From a virus, in IMG/VR virus record IMGVR_UViG_3300045988_005064, positions 1 to 18,651 of that record: 18,651 bases of DNA. The stretch is one strand, 5' to 3'. Positions 13,787 to 18,651 of this stretch are shown here, one piece after another. How positions within the stretch are numbered: the stretch's first letter is position 1; each line of letters opens with the position of its first letter. The notes beneath the pieces are model-generated. The model worked only from the letters and a program-made list of their open reading frames with translations. It did not search any database and was not told where the DNA came from. Position numbers and translations under genes: made by a program.

Positions 13787-15239
13787 TAAAAAAACAGCCG
13801 TCATCGTTGAGGTGGCGTGACCTCGGCAGGAAATCATCGTAAGGAATTGGAGCCGCTCGATGCACGCCGCTCAACCGCATGACGGTATCGCCGTCCGTTT
13901 CCACGCCGCAATATTTGCGATTGCCGAGAATGCGGAGTTTTTCATAGGTGTGGTCGTTTTTCCACATGCCCAACTTCTTGTCGTCCGGTTCAATATCTGC
14001 GGGCGCGTCTGACCCCTCCAAGATCATGCCGTCCGTATCGGCGTAGAGCACGCGGTCGGCGTTCGCATTCATCGCGCGTGACAATATTTGCCGACCGTAG
14101 GCGTTGACATATGCGGCGGTCGGTAGCCATGCGAGTGAGTTGGCCGACTCAGGTTTGTCCACAGTAAAATCCACACCCCCGTCGCCGGAGGGTTTCGGGT
14201 GCAGCATAGGCCGATAAAGCGAGGCGCCGAATTTTCCTACCAACGAGTTCAGCAATAGTTTCGCCATCTGCCGACGTTCACCGGTTGCGGTTTGTTTCAC
14301 GCGAAACCATTTATCAACGTAGTTGCAATAAAGTCCATGCGATTTACGGAATTTCCATCCGCCGATATAATTCCACACATGGACATCATAGTTTTCCGTC
14401 AAGGTCTGCCAATCCACGTCGGTCACCGGCATGGTGACGACGCCTAGCGTACTGTCCATACGTTCGCCCTCGTACCCCCATACAGGGAGGATGTTTGTAA
14501 GTGTCGCCGTTTTCCCAGCTTTCAGCCGCGCATCGAACGATACAACATCGATATGCAGCGGATAATCAGCGTCATAATGATATTCCTCTTCATACCAGAT
14601 AGGAGATCCTACCGGCATGGCAAAGTCGCGCATAATACTCGGATAGAGACTGTTCACATCCCAACTCCTGCAATCCCGATATTCCCCCGGTCTGCTGTAC
14701 ACTATCGCGCCATAGTAAGCGGGGCGCATCCGATGATATTCCGCTTTATCCAATGGCGGAAAATGACGCTTGAATCCTGCGTAATCTCCTCCGATGTAAT
14801 CGCTCATTGCCATAGACGCTATGGTCGTGCCCTTGAGATTCAAGGCGTCACATTCCCGCGCGATGTTCCACGTGGTTTCCAAGTCGTCCGCACCGCCAAA
14901 TGTTTCACGTGAAACATTCAATCCGTCATCGCGTGTGATGTTGCGCACGTCCAGAAAATCCACGGTGATGCCACCCATACGCACGCGGAAACTATAGAAA
15001 TGGCCGCGAATGTTGAAGGTACCACAAACCCCATCTTTTGCTGGATTCAATTGCAGAGGGAGACGCCTCAGTAACTCAGCCGCTATAGGCTTGATATCCT
15101 GCCAGCCATGTGCGCACCATACGCGCGTATGATGGTCAAGCATGGTCAGTCGGATTACGGCGTTCGCCGTCAATGGCGTTATGCCGTCGTCCGTCAATAG
15201 TGTTGCGCCGTCTGTTGCCGCCGTTCGACGCTCTCGCAT
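13779..15239 (-). CDS. Protein-primed family-B DNA polymerase (phi29 gp2-like), compact 486 aa
   Basis: Motif A is WDVNSLYPS, motif B is KLLLNSLVGKFG, motif C is VLYADTDG, and the KxY motif is NRKY. ADYPLHIDVVSFDARLKAG parallels phi29 EDYPLHIQHIRCEFELKEG. NYVDKWFRVK parallels DFIDKWTYIK. SD AAGGA. Confidence 0.93.
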   Translation of the reverse strand: MRERRTAATDGATLLTDDGITPLTANAVIRLTMLDHHTRVWCAHGWQDIKPIAAELLRRLPLQLNPAKDGVCGTFNIRGHFYSFRVRMGGITVDFLDVRNITRDDGLNVSRETFGGADDLETTWNIARECDALNLKGTTIASMAMSDYIGGDYAGFKRHFPPLDKAEYHRMRPAYYGAIVYSRPGEYRDCRSWDVNSLYPSIMRDFAMPVGSPIWYEEEYHYDADYPLHIDVVSFDARLKAGKTATLTNILPVWGYEGERMDSTLGVVTMPVTDVDWQTLTENYDVHVWNYIGGWKFRKSHGLYCNYVDKWFRVKQTATGERRQMAKLLLNSLVGKFGASLYRPMLHPKPSGDGGVDFTVDKPESANSLAWLPTAAYVNAYGRQILSRAMNANADRVLYADTDGMILEGSDAPADIEPDDKKLGMWKNDHTYEKLRILGNRKYCGVETDGDTVMRLSGVHRAAPIPYDDFLPRSRHLNDDGCFFML

Positions 15240-15254
15240 GATTCCATCCTTTTT

Positions 15255-16199
15255 TTAGTGTCTTGCCGCGCTGGTCATCCATTCGTCAAGTCGTGTCTCT
15301 ACATCTCCCGCGTCCGATTTAGTTTCCCATTTGTGTGCCTTATCATTATACCACGTTGCCTCACGCACGACAACGCTAAAATTCGTGTTGTTTATTAGCC
15401 ATCGTTTTTGGCGGTTCGATAAAGAAGCGAATCTTTGAGCTACGCTGAAATCGAAAGCTTCAAGTTGCTGCGCGACCTTATCAAAATCCGAAACACCCTC
15501 ATCCTCGGAAATACGCCTAATTCCCGCGCGTAATGGCGCACGTCCAATAAGTCCGGCGTATTCTAGCACTTCTCGCTCCAGTTTCCTACGGCTCCCTTCT
15601 CGTATCATCGCACGTGCATGGCTTATACCACGCTCTGTGCCGAACACGTTCGCACGGCTTCGCATGAGTTCGTCACGTGCCGAACCGCCGACCGTGTGAG
15701 TGCCTAACACATCGAACGGAGATTCCCCCGCGCGTTCCATTTCACGCACCTCCCCTACGGCATAGCGGGCCATGCTCAAGGCTTCGAACTGTTGAGCACG
15801 CTTGATTTTCTGCCGTGCCTCAACTCGGCGGCGCTGCTGCTGCCGTAATGTTTTCCGACGTTTCGACGGGGCGGCGGCGATTTCCGCATCGGTTATCAGC
15901 GGACGCGCGGCCATCTCACGGTCAAGTTTCGTGACGTGGATGTCAGGAACGACCTGATACGGCTCGTTATCTCGTGCTCTTAAGGCTTGCTGTTGTTCTC
16001 CGAACTCCTGCCCAATGCGTCGCGCGACCTGCTCAAGCTGTTGGGCACTGAGATTCCCTAAAAACGTTTCGGTGATTTTCTTAGGGAGTTGTCCGGTACT
16101 GTAATCTCTGACCGCTCGGTCTCTGCGTACCTGTGCCGACCTGATTGCGGCGTTGCGTTTCAGATTGTCAGCGCGTCGGCGGTTTTTGCGTTTTGCCAC
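15255..16199 (-). CDS. Putative terminal protein (priming protein)
   Basis: Directly upstream of the polymerase, as phi29 gene 3 is. 314 aa with a strongly basic N-terminus (MAKRKNRRRADNLKRN...) and Arg-rich helical content. GTG start 4 nt behind SD GGGAGG. There is no motif-level proof. Confidence 0.55.
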   Translation of the reverse strand: MAKRKNRRRADNLKRNAAIRSAQVRRDRAVRDYSTGQLPKKITETFLGNLSAQQLEQVARRIGQEFGEQQQALRARDNEPYQVVPDIHVTKLDREMAARPLITDAEIAAAPSKRRKTLRQQQRRRVEARQKIKRAQQFEALSMARYAVGEVREMERAGESPFDVLGTHTVGGSARDELMRSRANVFGTERGISHARAMIREGSRRKLEREVLEYAGLIGRAPLRAGIRRISEDEGVSDFDKVAQQLEAFDFSVAQRFASLSNRQKRWLINNTNFSVVVREATWYNDKAHKWETKSDAGDVETRLDEWMTSAARH

Positions 16200-16221
16200 G
16201 GTCCCTCCCGTGAGTAAAGAA

Positions 16222-16256
16222 CACCCCTCGCCGCAAGGATGGAACGGCGGGGGGTG
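16222..16256 (-). terminator. GC-rich 12-bp stem-loop followed by UUCUUU; candidate attenuating terminator between the SSB and terminal protein genes
   Basis: Minus strand reads CACCCCCCGCCG-(11 nt)-CGGCGAGGGGUG then UUCUUUACU. There is one C.A mismatch on the minus strand, which is a U.G pair on the plus strand. Confidence 0.4.
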
Positions 16257-16264
16257 AGTCTGGC

Positions 16265-16290
16265 GGCAACATCCCTATAGGGACATTGCC
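16265..16290 (-). other. 11-bp stem-loop with UAUA loop, strand-specific to the minus-strand RNA
   Basis: Minus strand reads GGCAAUGUCCC-UAUA-GGGAUGUUGCC with two G.U wobbles. Both positions become C.A mismatches on the plus strand. Confidence 0.45.
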
Positions 16291-16318
16291 ATGATATCAT
16301 ACAGTGCGGACAATAGTG

Positions 16319-16756
16319 TTACTTGCGCTTGTTTTCCGTCACCAGTTCAAGGTCAAAGAACTTGTAGCCACGGCGGCTCTTCTTTTCCACCACCTTGAGA
16401 GCAAGTGGCTGATTCCACGTGTCCGGCGTGCCGAAAATGGCGAACAGGTTGCCGAATGCGTGCGCCAGCGTAGGTGAGGCGGCGGCGAAATCGCCTTCCT
16501 CCGCGTGAATGACGACGCGGGTGGACGAATTGATTTCGCCAGTCTCCTGATTGGCGACTTCAATAGCCTGCGCCAGCACGTTGGTGACGTGCAGCGGCTC
16601 GTTAAGGTGTTCATCTACCTTATCGGCGGTCTGCATGGCGTTGTACAGTGCCATCTTGCCGTCCATCGTGGAAGTGTCGAAGAAGTGAGATACGGCGTTA
16701 GTGCCGTTCGCAGAAAAGTTGTTGCCGTTCGTTACGGTCAGTTCGTTGTCAGCCAT
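16319..16756 (-). CDS. Single-stranded DNA-binding protein (phi29 gp5-like)
   Basis: By-eye colinearity with recalled phi29 p5. HFFDTSTMDGKMALYNAMQT parallels ATFDTETLEGQIKIFNAQTG. LALKVVEKKSRRGYKFFDLEL parallels FKVKVVQGTSSKGNVFFSLQL. The position upstream of terminal protein and polymerase also fits. Confidence 0.65.
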   Translation of the reverse strand: MADNELTVTNGNNFSANGTNAVSHFFDTSTMDGKMALYNAMQTADKVDEHLNEPLHVTNVLAQAIEVANQETGEINSSTRVVIHAEEGDFAAASPTLAHAFGNLFAIFGTPDTWNQPLALKVVEKKSRRGYKFFDLELVTENKRK

Positions 16757-16783
16757 TAGTGTTGCCTTTCCTGATAGGGATTA

Positions 16784-17104
16784 TTAATTATTTTCCTCGG
16801 TGATAATATCATCTTCGACCACGTTGCCATTAACCGGCCCCGGATACTCAACGGTGGTATCATCTCCAAATTCACAATTAGCCCAATAAATCGCCTCATC
16901 CATGCGCGTTGCCTGCACATGATATTCGGCGGACATAGGTAGCATGTCCTTGTTGATTTTGTGGGCTTTCTTCATAGCCATGTCAGCCGTACGGCACGCG
17001 CCATTCACGATCACCTCAGTATCAACGAGTTCACCGTTTTCACCGCGCGTGATGCCGCGCACAATACTGTAATGCTTGACTCTCTTAATGCATGCCATAA
17101 TCAT
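16784..17104 (-). CDS. Hypothetical early protein; positional candidate for a p6-like dsDNA-binding (origin-organising) protein
   Basis: 106 aa, immediately upstream of the SSB as phi29 gene 6 is, with an acidic C-terminal tail (VEDDIITEENN). Start set at the ATG at 17104 behind AAGGA; the longer ORF overlaps the upstream gene. Confidence 0.5.
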   Translation of the reverse strand: MIMACIKRVKHYSIVRGITRGENGELVDTEVIVNGACRTADMAMKKAHKINKDMLPMSAEYHVQATRMDEAIYWANCEFGDDTTVEYPGPVNGNVVEDDIITEENN

Positions 17105-17111
17105 ACTATCC

Positions 17112-17642
17112 TTATTGTTGCTGCTGTTGTGACATTCTTGCAATGTCTTCATCAGTATACCGCACATCTGTCAGATTGTCAAAACAACGACACGCGATTT
17201 TGACAACGGTCTGAGCAAATTCGTTGCCATCCCAAACCTTGCACATTTCATAGCATGTCGCACCCTTAACATGACAGACGGCGCACCACGCCACCATAGC
17301 CGGAGCATAAATAACGCCGCCCAGCATTTCAATATCCTGAGTTCGCGCCAACGCACCGATGCGGGATGTGCGAGGGGACAGTGATAAGCAAACGTTTGCC
17401 GCATGTTCCACCCCGTCGGCGAACGCTACTTGCGACCCTTGAGGCTTATAAAAGTTCTTAAGCAGTGTTATACTACGGCATAATGTTTCCCAATCGCCCT
17501 CTCCTCGATTATATTCGCGCAAGTGCAACCTACGCCGACGACCACGAATGACACGGCGCACACGGTCATCATCCAGCACGCCATCATCAAACCAGTTCGT
17601 ACGTTTGTCACTGTCATCAAAATTCAGATTCTTCAATTTCAT
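17112..17642 (-). CDS. Hypothetical early protein with Arg-rich stretch and Cys cluster
   Basis: 176 aa, containing RVRRVIRGRRRRLHLREY, CAVCHVKGATCYEMC (CxxC...Cx3C) and a C-terminal QQQQQ. SD TGGAG. Confidence 0.6.
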   Translation of the reverse strand: MKLKNLNFDDSDKRTNWFDDGVLDDDRVRRVIRGRRRRLHLREYNRGEGDWETLCRSITLLKNFYKPQGSQVAFADGVEHAANVCLSLSPRTSRIGALARTQDIEMLGGVIYAPAMVAWCAVCHVKGATCYEMCKVWDGNEFAQTVVKIACRCFDNLTDVRYTDEDIARMSQQQQQ

Positions 17643-17644
17643 AA

Positions 17645-17848
17645 TTAAAACTCCAATGTATCCTTGCTAAACTCAGCACCATACAACCACATGTTTAACC
17701 ACACAGCCTTATCAAAGCACCGTTTCGGCGGATTATAAGCGCTACGCCTATGCCGTGCACCAGCCCAAAAAGCGCGCAAACGCCAGTACGCATCAGCGTC
17801 AGGACAGTTGCCACATGTCCACGAATGAATCCAACCACGAAAATACAC
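17645..17848 (-). CDS. Hypothetical small early protein (67 aa, Trp/Cys-rich)
   Basis: GTG start 6 nt after GGAAAGGAA. Tightly abutted to both neighbours, 2 nt from each. Confidence 0.5.
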   Translation of the reverse strand: MYFRGWIHSWTCGNCPDADAYWRLRAFWAGARHRRSAYNPPKRCFDKAVWLNMWLYGAEFSKDTLEF

Positions 17849-17850
17849 GG

Positions 17851-18096
17851 CTAATTCCTTTCCAAAAGCGGAGTGAACGCCAAGTTAGTAGCATCGACGA
17901 TGATGCCAACCACTTGATCATAGTCGCATGCGTCATACGGAGTTAATGCAACTGCATCAGTCAATCCGTCCATCGAGTAAAATCGGACATCATACCGAAG
18001 TTCATACACATTGCGGTGAGCGCAATACCATAATCCAACGTCACCGCCCCTAAACGGAGAATGGAACGTAGCAATCTTCTTATCGATATCAACCAT
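17851..18096 (-). CDS. Hypothetical small early protein (81 aa)
   Basis: ATG with SD AAAGGA 8 nt upstream. Co-oriented and tightly packed in the early operon. Confidence 0.55.
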   Translation of the reverse strand: MVDIDKKIATFHSPFRGGDVGLWYCAHRNVYELRYDVRFYSMDGLTDAVALTPYDACDYDQVVGIIVDATNLAFTPLLERN

Positions 18097-18119
18097 TTCA
18101 ATTATCCTTTCAGTTGGGT

Positions 18120-18141
18120 GCCCCGCCCTTGCGGGCGGGGC
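18120..18141 (-). other. GC-rich 9-bp stem-loop with GCAA (GNRA) loop between the first and second early genes
   Basis: Minus strand reads GCCCCGCCC-GCAA-GGGCGGGGC with no following U-tract. It starts 14 nt after the stop of 18156-18416. Confidence 0.45.
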
Positions 18142-18155
18142 TAGTATGAGTATTT

Positions 18156-18416
18156 TCAGGCTTTGCGTTCGTAGACTTCCACATTGTAACCGCCATCGGT
18201 GGTGTAGTCCGGCTTGAATTTGCCGAGTCGGTATCCTCGTTTGAGCATTTCAAGTCGGAGGGTGAATAGGATGCCTCCCACACGGTTCAGGTTTTCAATG
18301 TCGAAGTTGATTCCGTTATCGATGTTGCGGACGTATGCGGTTGCGTTTTCTTCGTCGATGATGAGGTATGCGTCACAGATGTATTCGCCTTGGTTGTACG
18401 GCTGGAGTTTAATCAT
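18156..18416 (-). CDS. Hypothetical first early protein of the rightward-end operon (86 aa)
   Basis: ORF directly behind the ITR-borne promoter-leader cassette, with SD AAGGAAGGAA 6 nt upstream. Confidence 0.6.
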   Translation of the reverse strand: MIKLQPYNQGEYICDAYLIIDEENATAYVRNIDNGINFDIENLNRVGGILFTLRLEMLKRGYRLGKFKPDYTTDGGYNVEVYERKA

Positions 18417-18444
18417 TTTAGATTCCTTCCTTATCGGCTGATAC

Positions 18445-18651
18445 TCACATCATACCACACCACAAAAAACAACACACCCAAAACACACAAAAAAATGAGA
18501 ACAAAACAAGGCAAAGAAAAAAACACACAAAGAACGAGGATGAAAAACACAGAGAGCAACAGCAACACAAAAACACACAAAGCAACAGCAATGCAGAACA
18601 CAGAACAGAGCAGTTATGGAAAAAGGATAGCTGCTAGGGACCCTCCCCTCC
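18445..18651. repeat. Right inverted terminal repeat
   Basis: Exact reverse complement of 1-207. The repeat reaches the last base of the window. Confidence 0.97.
18449..18457 (-). promoter_or_regulatory. Extended -10 promoter TGGTATGAT (right-end, inward-facing), copy 3
   Basis: Mirror image of 195-203 inside the right ITR. It would drive the long minus-strand gene array. Confidence 0.6.

Noticed and set aside
13609-13842. 77-aa plus-strand ORF covering the non-coding gap and the polymerase 3' end
   Set aside because: It runs opposite to all surrounding transcription and overlaps the polymerase stop region. It has no RBS, and its start lies inside the perfect hairpin.
16201-16210. GGTCCCTCCC upstream of the terminal protein gene resembling the genome terminus (GGGACCCTCCCCTCC)
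   Set aside because: The shared part is only CCCTCCC, the complement of the SD GGGAGGG for the GTG start. The flanks differ. It is explained as an RBS.
16296-16304. TATGAT box in the SSB/terminal-protein gap as another extended -10 promoter
   Set aside because: The TG lies directly against the hexamer (CTGTATGAT), so it does not match TGnTATAAT spacing. No -35-like hexamer is present. I kept it only as a comment within the gap finding.
1-18651. Searched for a lysogeny module, tRNAs, CRISPR arrays, and transposase or IS elements
   Set aside because: No integrase-, recombinase- or repressor-like ORF, no cloverleaf-like segments, and no regularly spaced direct repeats were seen. The only long repeats are the ITRs and the promoter-leader cassette. 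The ITRs are interpreted as replication termini, not as a transposon.

Overview
The window looks like a complete linear genome of a small phi29-like (protein-primed, Picovirinae/Salasmaviridae-type) podophage, 18,651 bp long. The first 207 nt are the exact reverse complement of the last 207 nt, and the match extends to 229 nt with 4 mismatches. The window therefore starts and ends on inverted terminal repeats (ITRs). Nearly all genes lie on the minus strand in one tightly packed array. From the right end this runs: six small early ORFs, an SSB, a terminal protein candidate and a family-B DNA polymerase. A 182-nt structured non-coding gap follows. Then come scaffold, major capsid, tail knob, portal, lower collar, three fibre/appendage proteins, tail lysin, packaging ATPase, holin and endolysin. 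Two small plus-strand genes at the left end converge on the endolysin at a bidirectional terminator. Assignments for polymerase, SSB, capsid, tail knob, portal and ATPase rest on by-eye similarity to phi29 gp2, gp5, gp8, gp9, gp10 and gp16 recalled from memory, plus catalytic motifs. No integrase, repressor, tRNA or CRISPR array is visible. The points most worth following are the A-depleted ITRs with phased T-tracts, a promoter-leader cassette present three times, and three consensus TGnTATAAT elements on stop codons, one placed for a leaderless portal mRNA. Others are a pRNA-candidate gap after the polymerase, a polymerase with an apparently degenerate ExoI motif, and an SGNH-esterase fibre.
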